Source: the human T2T-CHM13v2.0 reference genome, Homo sapiens
Length of the DNA: 64,000 nt
Assembly: GCF_009914755.1 (NCBI RefSeq)
Contig: NC_060926.1
Direction: 5' to 3' (one strand)
Of the stretch, positions 63,700-64,000 are shown in pieces; the first letter of the stretch is position 1, and each line of letters starts with the position of its first letter. A program made the translations under genes and the position numbers. The notes below the pieces were generated by a model. The model saw nothing but the letters and a program-made list of their open reading frames with translations. It searched no databases and was not told the origin of the DNA.

Positions 63700-64000
63700 T
63701 GTGGAAAAGTTCTAATTTGGAAAACCAGCCCGCAAGTGATGCAGAGGCTTTTGAACTGCAAAAGAGCTCTGGGCGTACAGGACAGTGAGTCACACGGTGC
63801 CTGGTCCGGGCCCAACCCTGGACACCAACACCACTCAACTCAAGGGCAGGTACCCGGCTGCTGCCAAGGGGTCAGCGGGAGCCTGCGCACTGCCACGGCC
63901 CCGCCCTCTTCCAACCTTTCATCCGGGTCTCGGGCAGGGGCGTGTCTGGGCAGAGGGGCGGGTGGTGGCGGAAAGGAAGGATGTCGTGGGAGACTGGAGA
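63700..64000 (+). promoter_or_regulatory. Start of CpG-island promoter of the next gene (probably GIGYF2)
   Basis: Rising CpG density. GC boxes CCCCGCCC (~63899), GGGGCGTG and GGGGCGGG, ETS-like CGGAA/GGAAG, and TGCGCAC at 63884. Gene identity comes from recalled synteny only. Confidence 0.7.

Overview
Primate (very probably human) genomic DNA containing a complete four-exon gene on the + strand that I recognise as EFHD1 (EF-hand domain family member D1 / swiprosin-2 / mitocalcin). Joining CDS exons 466-767, 29554-29701, 39060-39194 and 48346-48480 at GT-AG boundaries gives 720 nt = 239 aa + stop (Pro-rich N-terminus, two EF-hands, C-terminal coiled coil). A CpG-island promoter lies at about 1-1500 and the poly(A) signal at 49513. 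The window ends in another CpG/GC-box promoter, probably GIGYF2 (recalled gene order, not shown by the sequence). The rest is very Alu-dense intronic/intergenic DNA with L1, L2, MIR, MaLR LTR and hAT remnants, a 7SL retropseudogene with 12-bp target-site duplications (TSDs) and a U13 snoRNA retrocopy. Nearly all other ORFs in the track are Alu-derived or GC-rich artefacts. I found no evidence for a new multi-gene system. The most interesting signals are small: a perfect HNF1 palindrome inside an L1 relic, a hepatocyte-type motif cluster one base away from a FOXA site, a 78-bp identical tract between two AluYs (probable gene conversion), a 4x23-bp motif-rich minisatellite, a diverged ~150-bp non-TE duplication, and splice-architecture oddities at exons 2 and 3. 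Repeat families and boundaries were called by eye and are approximate.
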